From assembly GCA_964016885.1 (NCBI GenBank), contig OZ024748.1, forward strand, positions 33,170,001 through 33,234,000: a DNA stretch of 64,000 bases, given 5' to 3'. Below are positions 38,401 through 50,395 of this stretch, piece after piece (position 1 is the first letter of the stretch; every line of letters begins with the position of its first letter). Both the position numbers and the translations under genes were made by a program. This DNA is from Eledone cirrhosa (taxonomy: Eukaryota). Below the pieces are notes generated by a model. That model saw nothing but the letters and a program-made list of their open reading frames with translations, searched no databases and had not been told where the DNA came from.

Positions 38401-39955
38401 ATATATAGTGTAAATGTGGTGTATATAGTAGTTGTGACAACATTATATATACATATGTACACACACACTGACAAACATGTATATACATATAAAAGGGTCG
38501 GATGAGGAGTTCATAGGTTGACCAAGTTACTCTCATGGAATGAGACAATGTATACACAAATATATACTATATATATGTATACAAACACATATATATTTTA
38601 TGATGAAGTCATGTTTTCAATTCTCAGCTTTGGAGGTACATCAAGACACATCATTTGGAGGTACAAGCAAGACACATCATTCCACATGTCTCTAATCTCC
38701 ACAGCTGAAAAAGACAAGTAGCAGAATTAGTTAGAGGTTTAGCATGGGTTGGATCATTCTCTGCCTCCAACCTTTTCACTTCGGCCACCAACCCAGACTT
38801 TACTACCTGCAATAGAGAGAAGAGGGAGATAGTTAAATACCGGGGCCTGACTAACCATGACATCTTTGTCCCCACACTGCTGATTTTCTCCTCAAAATTA
38901 GAAAGACAGCAGCCCACTTGAGAAAGTAGTCCCATGAAGTAGGGTGTATGCTGCAGTTGGGGTCTCTGGCTATTTTCTGTGTTAACACTTTTGCTATTTT
39001 GTCTGTAGAGTGAGGCTGAATCACTGCTCAGACTGAAGTATAACATCTGTCCCTCTCCCTCTTCCATTATTTTCGTTTTCGTTCTTTTCATTTCAACAAT
39101 CAACAATGAGTATTCTGAGGAATTCAGTGTACAGGTGGAGGTCCATTAGGGTTCCATCTTTAGCCGCCTCCTCTTTAATATTGTCCTACAGCCTATAACT
39201 GGAATTTAAGACTGGTTGCTCATGGGAAATCCTATATGCCGACAATCTGACCCACTTAGTCGAGTCTATGACAGAATTAGAGAAGAAATATCAGACATGG
39301 AGGCACAACTTGGAAACAAAAGGTCTCAAAGTTAACAGGGCTCTGATCCACTCAGGGAAATGGCCCTGCTCGGGATGGAGGAAAGGAGTAGGTAGAAACT
39401 CAATCCGGTGTCCCAAATGCAAACTGTGGGTACACAAGAGATGTCGTGGGAAAACAGGCAGGCTAGCAAAATACACAGACTTCATATGTGAACGCTGAAG
39501 AGGGGTAGTAAGCAAAGACCCTCAGGAAGTAAGCCTCTTCTTTTGCACAGAGGACCCCATAGAAATAGTTGAGAGCTTCTGCTATTTGGGTAACCAAATC
39601 AGCTGCGGAGTTGGTTATGCAGAAAATACAGTTGCCAGAGTGAGAACAGGATGGAAAAAGTTCAGCGAGTTACTGCCATTGCTACCTACAAAAGGTCTCT
39701 CACTTAAGATAAAAGGCAAGCTGTACAATGCCTGTGTGTACACAGCAATGCTACATGGAAGTGAAACATGGGCTCTATGTGCCAAGGATCTACGGAGATT
39801 GGAAAGAAACAAAGCCTGCATGTTACAATGGATGTGAAACAGTAGTTTGTGGGAACAGCAAAATGTAAAAGAATTGCAAACGAAACTGGGCATAAGAGGG
39901 ATCAAATGTTGTGTGCAAGAGAGAAGATTGCAGATGTATTGACATGTGATGTGTA

Positions 39956-40797
39956 TGTAGCAAGCTACTTTCCTTTGGCGCATTGATACCCTTTCTGTAT
40001 GTTGTTTGGCTAAGTTTAGCCAATCGTTATCAGAGTCAAGATATGTATCTCAACTTCCGCCCAAATGGAGAAATTCCCACTTCTTTTTAATAAATAAATT
40101 CTCTTGCAGCTTGACTTTGCTAAGGTAAACAACCATTTGCTTTTGCTCCGCAAACATCATTCCAATATGTAACTATAAAACATTACCAGGGCCTGGCTTC
40201 TCACTTCAGCCACTGGACCGTGTCTTCTCTTACAGATCTTAATTTGTTTGTTCATTTCTTTTGGCATTCCAACCAACCAAGCTTAATCCAGCTCTTTTCA
40301 CCTTAAACATTGTTAATAAATTCTGTTACACACGAACTACATATGTTGTCGTTAACATCATTGTTACATATTCTGGTTATATATTACACACTGCTAAAAG
40401 TAATACTATACTTCTAAACTAGTTATATATTACACACTGCTAAAAGTAATACTATACTCCTAAACTGGTTATATATTACACACTGCTAAAAGTAATACTA
40501 TACTTCTAAACTGGTTATATATTACACACTGCTAAAAGTAATACTATACTTCTAAACTGGTTATATATTACACACTGCTAAAAGTAATACTATACTTCTA
40601 AACTGGTTATATATTACACACTGCTAAAAGTAATACTATACTTCTAAACTGGTTATATGTTACATGCTGCTATACTGATAACATAATACAACATCATCTT
40701 ATGTTATAAACTGCTTCACTGGTGACTTCTATTGATACACAATACACAAATACAAATATTATTATTCTCAAATATATCTTATCAAATATTATCTTCA
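39956..40797. mobile_element. Solo LTR (842 bp) with 4-bp TSD TGTA
   Basis: TGTA|TGTAGCAAG...ATCTTCA|TGTA. Removing it restores the RTE sequence CATGTGATGTGTATGAAGGATGACAGC seen at 37575. Confidence 0.8.
40373..40672. repeat. 46-bp minisatellite (about 6.5 copies) inside the solo LTR
   Basis: Unit CTGGTTATATATTACACACTGCTAAAAGTAATACTATACTTCTAAA; CTGCTAAAAG recurs every 46 bp from 40391 to 40621. Confidence 0.95.
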
Positions 40798-41159
40798 TGT
40801 ATGAAGGATGACAGCTGTATAAAAAGCTGCAAGGTACTAGAGGTTATAGGACACCCCAATAGAGGAAGACCCAGGGAGACATGGGATGATAAAGGTTGAC
40901 CTGGCTTAGCTGAACCTCCCAATGAAGATGACACAGGACTGAGACCTCTGGCACTACAATGTACAACAAAAAGACCCATGTCAACAACTCAGCCCAAGAC
41001 CCTGCTCATAAAAGTGCCACCCGCTCACCACTGTAAATGTGGACCACCCAGTAACTGGCCCAACCTCCCACATATTGGGACAACACAGCTCCCAAATTAT
41101 GGTTTCAATGTGGGCAAGATATGATGCAGCCAACTGACCAGATCCTCCTCATAACAGCT

Positions 41160-41770
41160 CCACCCAGGTCCCACTATGAACAAGGCTTGGTGCTGCCAAC
41201 TGTCCAGAACCTCGTAATAAAGGTGTCACTCAGGGCTTTACTATGAACAAGGCTTGGTATGGCCAACTAACCAGAACCTCATAATAAACGTGTCACCCAG
41301 GGCTCTACTATGAACAAGGCTTGGTATGGCCAACTAACCAGAACCTCATAATAAACGTGTCACCCAGGGCTCTACTATGAACAAGGCTTGGTATGGCCAA
41401 CTAACCAGAACCTCATAATAAAGGTGTCACCCAGGGCTTTACTATGAACAAGGCTTGGTATGGCCAACTAACCAGAACCTCATAATAAAGGTGTCACCCA
41501 GGGCTCTACTATGAACAAGGCTTGGTATGGCCATCTGACCAGAACCTTGTAATAAAGGTGTCACCCAGGGCTTTACTATGAACAAGGCTTGGTAAGGCCA
41601 ACTGGCTAGAACCCCGTAATAAAGGTGTCACCCAGGGCTCTGCTATGAACAAGGCTTGGTATGGCCAACTGGCCAGAACCCTCTCATAAAGGTGTCACCC
41701 AGGGCTCTACTATGAACAAGGCTTGGTAAGGCTAACTGGCCAGGCCTACTTCATAATGGGTCTACCAAGA
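41160..41770. repeat. 67-bp minisatellite (9 copies plus degenerate flanking copies) in an RTE 3' UTR
   Basis: TATGAACAAGGCTTGG recurs at 41175, 41242, 41309, 41376, 41443, 41510, 41577, 41644 and 41711. Confidence 0.95.
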
Positions 41771-42231
41771 TCCCAAAACACAGCAACAGTCCCGATATTG
41801 TACAAGGTACACTGCTGCCATCTGGCCAGATTTTCCAGTAACAAGGCTCCACTATGTGTAAGACTTTGAGAGTTCAACTGGCTAGACCTCCCTCATAGTG
41901 GGACTACCTAGCTCTCAAACTATAGCTCCACTATGAGCCGGTTACAGTGAAGCCACCTGGCCTGTCCCTCCTCATAACTGTGCCAGCCACTGTAAATGTG
42001 GTTGGTGTTAGGAAGAGCATCCCACTGTAAAAAAGGAAATAAACATTTGGTTATCTATATATACATATATATATATATATATAACCAAAGATTAATATGG
42101 TTCATTGATTACGCAATGAATATAGTTTTACAATAGATTAAAAGCACTCTACAATTAAGTTTTCTGGAGTTATTAATATTATTCAGAATATTAATAAATG
42201 AAGACATACACATTATCAAAATATGTTTTAT

Positions 42232-42458
42232 TATATATATTTAGAAGGTACTGTGCTGTTTGTTCAGTACGTCCTCATGAAATAAAATACATGAATTGGT
42301 GTATGATATAACTCAACGGTCTTGATGGTTCAATTCCAGTATTGGCAATACTCGAATTGAACCATCAAGACCGTTGAGGTATGTCATACATCAATTCATG
42401 TATTTCATCTGACAAGGACGTACTGAAAAAACAGCACAGTACCTTCGAAATATATATA
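42232..42458. repeat. Imperfect palindrome, ~113-bp arms, centred at 42345
   Basis: GAAGGTACTGTGCTG...CTCAACGGTCTTGATGGTTCAATTC pairs with GAATTGAACCATCAAGACCGTTGAG...CAGCACAGTACCTTC. Confidence 0.92.
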
Positions 42459-42459
42459 A

Positions 42460-42644
42460 TTGTCTCTACTTTAGGCACAAGGGAAGCAATTACCCAGTGC
42501 ATTACTAGTACTTTATTTTATCGACCCCGTAAGGATGAAAGGCAAAGTCAACCTCAGCGGGATTTGAACTCAGATCGTAAAGGGACGTAACTATGCTGGA
42601 AAGCATGGCGTCCGACCCTCTACCGATACTGCCAATCCACCGCC
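42460..42644 (-). mobile_element. tRNA-derived SINE
   Basis: Near-identical to 33200-33388. Confidence 0.85.
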
Positions 42645-42726
42645 CATTGGCGAAATATATATATATATAAATATTTTTTTTTTTTTTTTTTTTTTAAAAG
42701 AATAGAGGTGTAACACACAAGTTATG

Positions 42727-43106
42727 ATATATTGGTAAACGGAATAGAAAATGCTGACAAATTGTTCACAGTGAAAAATAGTTTAATTAGGAATAAGTGA
42801 GAATTAGTAATAGTATTGGTTAGTATTCAGTTTTGGTTTTAAGTTTTACCAGTTGCGCATTTCTAATGCTTTTCAAAATTAATTTTGAGATAGAGCGTCC
42901 GTGATGTTTGCTCTGAACTGTGCAAACATCACGGACGCTCTATCTCAAAATTAATTTTGAAAAGCATTAGAAATGCGCAACCGGTAAAACTTAAAACGAA
43001 AACTGAATACTAACCAATACTATTACTAATTCTCACTTATTCCTAATTAAACTATTTTTCACTGTGAACAATTTGTCAGCATTTTCTATTCCGTTTACCA
43101 ATATAT
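42727..43106. repeat. Near-perfect palindrome, 185-bp arms, 10-nt spacer
   Basis: 42727-42911 is the reverse complement of 42922-43106 with 2 mismatches seen. Spacer is TCTGAACTGT. Confidence 0.96.
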
Positions 43107-43715
43107 ACATATATATTTTTATACTCGGATTTTTTTCCTAGAGTGCTTAAATTATTTGTGACTAATCCCGTTTTTTTTATAAAAAAAACTGCGATAATAT
43201 TGCTTTTTGCTGAACTCCTTTTGACTGTTGTTTCTTGTAAACAAACATTCATCTCATTCTGATGTCACTAGCCATGTCTTTCCTCATGTGCGTTTTTCAT
43301 AATCACGCATGATGGTAAACTAGCCTGTTTTTAAATTCCCTTTTTGGCATATAAATCTGTAAGAATCCTGGTTATCAAGTTGAGCTCTGCTGAGGATTGA
43401 ATTCCAACCATGATCATCTCCACTGAAAGTTTTCATGAAATAGTCTTTAAGACTATACAGAGCATTTGAAGTTTTTCCAAATTGAAGGATGAGTATTTTA
43501 AACTTTATTTTATCATGAGTTAAGGCTCTATTGATTTTTCCCTGGATTTCACTAAATTCTGTGGATGAATTTATATCCTGATTCTCTTTGAGATGAGTTT
43601 GAATTATTTTTCCCACATCTTACGTTAACTATTTTTCCCATTTTGACGCTATAGTCACTTATATATTATGGAGTGCTGTTGGCTTTTCGCTGCAGTGTTT
43701 TCTATACCTTTCATT

Positions 43716-43748
<33 letters not shown>

Positions 43749-43759
43749 ATATATATATA

Positions 43760-46700
43760 ACTTTGATAGGTTTGGGCCAATATTGGCCCAGGCCATGTCT
43801 AACTTAATAGCACCACCTGGCGAAGTCTTTCAAATCAGGATTTGGACACCATGGCCCACTCAGGAAGTGAGTTATTGTTTACGGAGACATATCCGGGTGT
43901 AGGAGGTTTATCCGGGATTTCTTGAAGAAATTTGTCCAAAGACCTTTTGAATTTTATGGGGTCTCTTTCTTTTTTAATGTTTTGGTGTAATGTTAAAGAG
44001 AGTGGGGCCAACTGAGGTGAAAAAATTGTGCTGTATTGTTGTTATGAGATGTGAGTGAGATTTTTGTTGCGGGCGGATAGTACGGGGCCCAAGACTTGGG
44101 TGTTCCTTAAAGGTGATGCCAACATCATTTGGGCAATGCTGATGGAATATTTTCCACATCATGCAGATAATGTAGCACTCACAGCGACGTTGGAGAGAAT
44201 AAAGGTTGAGCTTTTCTAATCGACTCCAATAGTCAAGGCCTGTCATGCCATCTATCTTTCTTGTAATTGACCTTTGAGGTATTTCACTTTCATGATACTT
44301 TGTTTCGTGTGGGGAGAGCACAGTGGACAACAGTATTCAATGTGGGGTCGGGCAAAAGTGGAGAAGAGAAGAATAATGGTGCAGATATCTCTTGTCTGGG
44401 AGGTTCTGAGAATCCAGGGACTCATTCTGTGGGCCATGTCAACTTTGCTGTTTATATGAGTGGTCCAGCTTATGTTGTTGTCCACAATTACTCCCAAGTC
44501 TCTGATGTTGTTGGATGCCATGAGAGTTTCACTAGAAGTAAGAGAATATAGGAGTTTCAATGCATCTTTTTTTCCAAAGTGGATTAACTCAAATTAATCC
44601 TTGTTCAGCAGCATATTGTTCTTTTCCATCCATTGGATAACAGCCAGTAGGTCTGACTGAAGGTGTGTCTGGTCACCCACTCCATTGATGACCTTCTGGA
44701 GCTTGGAATCATCAGCAAAGATTCTCATGTTGCTGTGCTTGATGACATCAGTAACGTCATTTATATAGATAATGAAAAGAAGTGGGCCTAATACAGTGCC
44801 TTGTAGGACACCACTACTGACTTTGCCTGGGCTTGATTGTACACCTTCGACTACAACATGTTGGGCTCTGTCTGTCAGGAAACATTGATCCATTGCAGTA
44901 ACTTTCCAGAGACACCAATGTCGGATAGTTTTTTTCAGTAAAATGTTGTGATCAACCCTGTCAAAGGCCTTGCTGAAATCAGGGTAGATAACATCCGTGT
45001 TGGAACCCTCTCCCAAAGCTCTTAATATGTCATCAAAGTGATGCATTAGCAGTGTTAAGCAGTCCCTTCCATTACTGAACTCATGTTGGTTGGAGTTCAG
45101 CAGATTGTTACTCTCAAGAAATTGGGTTATTCGTGATCTCACCACCCTCTCAAATACCTTAATGATATGAGAGACGAGTGAGATCGGACAGTAATTCACT
45201 ACATGGGACTCATTTCCCTTTTTCAAAACTGGGACTACAGACTGGGTTACTAAGTTTTCAGGTATATAACCAGCATCCAATGAGTTCCCCCACAGATTAG
45301 TAAGTGGGGATGCAAGTTGGTGTTGACACACCTTCAGGACACAAGCAGGGAACCAATCGGGGCCTACTGCTGATCTTTAATTTTGTTTATTGCCGCTAAG
45401 ACATCAGGGGTCTCAAACGATATGACCGACATAGTGTGTTGGGGATTAAGATCACTGATACAGCCAAGATCAGACATATCAAGATTGCTGAATAGAGCAG
45501 TATTGTTTCTGCAGTATCTCACCCATGGTTTTGGCATTATCTTGGAGACTGCCATTTTAATCAATTAGAAGGCCAACAGTGGAAACAGTGACCCTGTGTT
45601 TTTTCACAAATGAAAAAACTTTGGAATTGTGTTTGATTTTCTCAATGGCCCATTTCTCCTCAGCTGTTCTTTGGTTATTGATGGTGGTCTTCATGCATTG
45701 CTGGAGATTATATTTTTCTTTATTCAAGCAGTGCGATAGCTGTCAAATGTGGGTGTTGTTGTTGGCAGTATTTTGGTATGTTAATTTTTTGGTTTCTTCT
45801 TTTTATTTTTCTAAGTTTTTCTGTTTTGGGGAATTCTACACTTCTTGGTGGGGTGTGTTTTGCACATATGTTTGTGACTGTCTACAATAATCAGGCAAGA
45901 TGTTTCGATATTGGTGGAGATGTGTGCATGTGTGAAAGACCACTCAACACATGATTGCTCGTTTGAGATTGCATCCCAGTTGGCATTATGGAGATCCATG
46001 TTATCAAATGGGTGGGCTGGGGAGAGGTCACTAGGATTAGCTTTTAACTGGTGGAATCTCAGGTTACAGAGAACCATGTCATGGTCTGAAAGAAAGGTTT
46101 TTTCCACTGTAATATGTTAGTGTTGTTCCTAAACACTATGTCCACAATTTTTTCTGATATCTTGTTGGTGCAGTTTTTGACTGGAGGTGTGGTTGTACTG
46201 TTGGATAGGGTTGTAGTTACCACTTTTGATTTTTTAGTTGTTTTAGTACCTCCGTGAAAAGACTGGACCAGTGGTATTTTTACTGTGGTATAATAGGTGT
46301 TGGCTTGGAGCCCCATTTTTGTTAGTGTGTTGGGTCCCTGGAAGATGAATGAAGGGACAGTCATACTGCAGACATAGTCTCTCGTGTTGGGAATACCGGC
46401 ATATCTTAGGATTGTGGGTTACACATGTTTTAGTGTTCAATTTACTATTTGGTGGTGTTGATGTTGATGTGGGATTGTGTGTCTAGTGCCAGGTAGATGT
46501 GTGAAGATCAGTCACTACGTGTGTAGAGCCTCTGGCGTAGTGAATAACGACATATTTTGGGGTTTCTTGTTTGTGCCGTGAGGCATTCTACAGTAGGATG
46601 GCGATGTGAGGGGGGGGGGGTTAGAAAGCAGTGATTTATTATTAGTAGTTGAAGAAGGGTGGTGGATTGGAAGTATCAGTAGAGGGTCAGACGCCATGTT

Positions 46701-46960
46701 TTGCAGAATTACGGCCCTTTATGATCTGAGTTCAAATCCCGTTGAGGTTAACTTTGCCTTTCATCCTTACGGGGATGATAAAATAAAGTACCAGTCATGC
46801 ACTGGAGTCGATGAAAGTGGTGATGAGGTACTGTCATTGAGTAAATCTGCTATTGTGCTGACATTTAGGAGTGGCTCTTCCTGTTGTTGTTGTTGACGCA
46901 CTTGACTAATATTTGAGGAAAAAATACAATACAAACAAACACACATATATAACATAGAAG
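43760..46960 (-). mobile_element. Decayed CR1/Jockey-group LINE (ORF1 remnant with CCCH motif, partial APE, RT)
   Basis: RT motifs DFSKAFDRVDH, GVLQGTVLGPLLFIIYIND, IFADDSKL, RDLGVIVD, RPHIEYC, LYSLQRR; APE end LSDHDMV; upstream CRYSQHERLCLQYDCPFIH. SINE inserted at about 46658-46810. Confidence 0.85.
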
Positions 46961-47014
46961 GCAATTAAAACAGCTAAATGCTGTCAAAAAGACAGGGATG
47001 ACCAGAAAGGACTA

Positions 47015-50000
47015 ACTTTATGACACAAAACATATCGTATGACACTCTACTGATTCTGCAAATCTACCACCCTCAACAATGAAATGAGATTGTGTCTCTG
47101 TAATAGCCCTTAATGACAAATAATATGAAGAGGTACTTTCTACAGGGTGTATTTGTTAATTACAATACAAAACCTCTGAGAATGATTTCCAACATATTTC
47201 ACCATAATAAATGTTCATCAATATATATTAATATTATTATTATTTTCTGCTAGCATGTGTAGTGTGTATATTGATATTATACGCAGGTAGATATATGTAG
47301 ATATGATACATCAAATAAAATCGTAATTGACAATATATAATACATAGAAATTGAACAAAGACTGCGTTACACTCTCTTATTTAATCAGTAACGTAATCCA
47401 TCATACATTAAAAATGACGATATTATATATAAACTGCATTAGGAGAAAATTAGTGACAGAAATATATGAATGTTTATTTAAACGATGGCTAACCGGAAGT
47501 GCTGACATTTCAGAAATATTAAAGAAGTGAATCTTTAAATAAACAAAATATATTTCATCAACAGCCACGAAATTTAGTAGATAAATTATGTAATATTCAT
47601 TCATTATTTATTAAAAAATAAAAATAATAAAATATTTATATATATACATACACACACAACATATATGTAGAGATGTATAAGATTTCTCCAAGATTTCCAA
47701 AGTGTGTCTATATATTTGTGTTTTTCATATTTCAGAGTGATGGGGTTTACCGCAAGTGTTTACTTAGGTGAACAAACATTGACGAATTCTGAGTGAAAGA
47801 TTTACCACATATTTCACATGAATAAGGTTTTTCACCAGTATGTATTCTTTTGTGACGTACAAGATGAGAACTCTGAGAAAAAGATTTCCCACATATTTCA
47901 CAGTGGAAGGGTTTTTCACCAGTGTGTATTCTTTTGTGATGTTCAAGAATAAAATTACAAGAAAAAGATTTACCACATATTTCACAATGGAAGGGTTTTT
48001 CACCAGTGTGTGTTCTTTTGTGTTGTACAAGATTAGAACTACGAGAAAAAGATTTCCCACATATTTCACAATGGAAGGGTTTTTCACCAGTGTGTGTTCT
48101 TTTGTGAGGTTCAAGTTCAGAACTCTGAGAAAAAGATTTACCACATATTTCACATGAATAAGGTTTTTCTCCTGTGTGCTTTCTTTTGTGCTTTACAAGA
48201 TTGTACTTCTGGGTGAAAGATTTCCCACATGTTTCACAGTGGAAGCGTTTTTCACCAGTGTGTGTTCTTTTGTGAAGTTCAAGATTAGAACTATGAGAAA
48301 AAGATTTCCCACATATTTCACAATGGAAGGGTTTTTCACCAGTGTGTATTCTTTTGTGAAGTTCAAGATGAGAACTCTGAGAAAAAGATTTCCCACATAT
48401 TTCACAGTGGAAAGGTTTTTCACCAGTATGTATTCTTTTGTGATGTACAAGATGAGAACTATTAGAAAAAGATTTCCCACATATTTCACAATGAAAGGGT
48501 TTTTCACCGGTGTGTATTCTTTTGTGTTGTACAAGATGAGAACTACGAGAAAAAGATTTCCCACATATTTCACAATGGAAGGGTTTTTCACCAGTATGTA
48601 TTCTTTTGTGATGTTCAAGTTCAGAACTACGAGAAAAAGATTTACCACATATTTCACAATGGAAGGGTTTTTCACCAGTGTGTATTCTTTTGTGAAGTTC
48701 AAGATAATAATTCTGAGAAAAGGATTTCCCACATATTTCACATGAATAAGGTTTTTCTTCTGTGTGTTTTCTTTTGTGCTTTACAAGATTGTGCTTCTGG
48801 GTGAAAGATTTCCCACATATTTCACAGCAGAATGGTTTTTCTCCAGTGTGACTCCGAATGTGGACGACAAGATTAGAATTATCAATAAAAGATTTCCCAC
48901 ATATTTCACAGTGGAAGGGTTTTTCTCCAGTGTGACTCCGTACGTGGATGACAAGTTTAGAATTATTAGTGAAAGATTTACCACATATTTCACAGTGGAA
49001 GGCTTTTTCTCTGTGTATTTTCTCGTGTGAGGATAGTTTCAGTTTTGAAGAGAAAGTTTTCCTGCAAATCTCACAGCTATATTCAGACATATTTCATAAA
49101 AGGAATCTCACCACTTCCACTCATATATTAAGAAATGTAGCATTCAGTTAGTAAAGTAATAAGATGTATGAATAAGGTGTAAGTGTAAGACTGATCTTGG
49201 AAGAAAAAGCAGGTGCTCATAAAACAAACGAAGTCTTCGTAATTTAAGGTTCTTGTTATTGAGGACAGTTCAGGTCACAAGAAAATTAAAATCCATCATT
49301 TCAAAAGATCAAGGTTAATATATATACATATATATATACAGACATACAGTGTGTACGTATGAGAGAGAAATAGACGTGTGTGTGTGTGTGAGATAGAAAT
49401 ATGTGTAGGTGTTGTAATAAGTCAAGATATTTCACTTCAGATAGAAAAGTTCACAATGTGTGTGTTGTGATGGAAAACGAAATAATACGTACTTTAGTTT
49501 TCAAGATCAAATATAAAGTCAAGAAAAGTTAGGAAGACCTAAATGTTCACCGATTTCTGATTAAAATAATATTTTCCTGTCCTGTAAAATGTTGAACAAC
49601 CACTTCAATATTTAATAATAAAGGTGATAAAACAATAACTATAAGGTAAATAAGTCACCTCATGCTATATACAAACATTAACGTCCACCTTAATATGAAA
49701 TAATCACCATAAAAGATAAAATTAGATGAGGTTTAAGTTATAACAATGCAGCTGATAGAAATAGTAATTCTTCGCTGTCTACTTGATACAGGTGTCATGA
49801 CGTAAAAGTCCCCTACATAATTTAATACATTCAGAAACAACTTCCGTTATGTTAATTCACACGTTCAATCAATATGCTAATAATTTATTCAGATTTGTAT
49901 TAATAACATTATTAATTTTCCATAACTGTTCATATTAAAACAAAACACATTATTAACTATAATAAAACATTTATTTAAAAAATGGAAATGAAAAGATGAA

Positions 50001-50395
50001 AAACAAAAACATTAGAGACATGTGGAATGATGTGTCTTGCTTAAGGACACAATGTACCTCCCTGGCTGAGAATTGAAAACATTATATTACAATATGCCGT
50101 ATGACTTTACTATAAAATATATGTGTTTGAATACATATATATATAGTATATATTTGTGTGTATACATTGTCTCATTCTACGAGAGTAACTCCTCATCCGA
50201 CCCTTCTATATGTATATACATGTTTGTCAGTGTGTGTACATATGTATATAGAATATTGTCACAACTACTATATACACCACATATACACTATATATAATAT
50301 TGTCCAATATATATAGACTATGTATCATGTTTTTCAAGGGAAAGGCTGATATAGATCGGCACCTGTGACATTACAACTATTATATACACTTTATA
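47015..50395 (-). repeat. Segmental duplication unit (ZF4 module), direct copy at about 59572-62795
   Basis: Collinear high-similarity flanks, e.g. TAACTTTATGACACAA..CATATCGTATGACACTCTACTG at 47013 and 59571. Confidence 0.88.
47747..49090 (-). CDS. C2H2 zinc-finger protein ZF4, 16 tandem fingers, fingers only
   Basis: Intact 447-aa ORF starting MSEYSCEICRKTF with all Cys/His ligands present and mostly TGEKP linkers. Conserved upstream exon module at 49493-49900. Confidence 0.92.
   Translation of the reverse strand: MSEYSCEICRKTFSSKLKLSSHEKIHREKAFHCEICGKSFTNNSKLVIHVRSHTGEKPFHCEICGKSFIDNSNLVVHIRSHTGEKPFCCEICGKSFTQKHNLVKHKRKHTEEKPYSCEICGKSFSQNYYLELHKRIHTGEKPFHCEICGKSFSRSSELEHHKRIHTGEKPFHCEICGKSFSRSSHLVQHKRIHTGEKPFHCEICGKSFSNSSHLVHHKRIHTGEKPFHCEICGKSFSQSSHLELHKRIHTGEKPFHCEICGKSFSHSSNLELHKRTHTGEKRFHCETCGKSFTQKYNLVKHKRKHTGEKPYSCEICGKSFSQSSELEPHKRTHTGEKPFHCEICGKSFSRSSNLVQHKRTHTGEKPFHCEICGKSFSCNFILEHHKRIHTGEKPFHCEICGKSFSQSSHLVRHKRIHTGEKPYSCEICGKSFTQNSSMFVHLSKHLR

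Larger units (their letters stand above)
39100..42035 (+). mobile_element. 5'-truncated RTE LINE carrying a solo LTR and a 67-bp tandem array
   Basis: RT C-terminal half, WPCSGWRKGVGRNSIRCPKCKLWVHKRC, MLHGSETW. Resumes at 40798 and ends with GTGGTTGGTGTTAGGAAGAGCATCC. Confidence 0.85.

Noticed and set aside
47764-49030. Overlapping alternate-frame and antisense ORFs on ZF genes (MKYVGNLFL..., RFPTYFT...)
   Set aside because: By-products of the 84-bp finger repeat and codon bias. The same pattern appears at all ZF copies.
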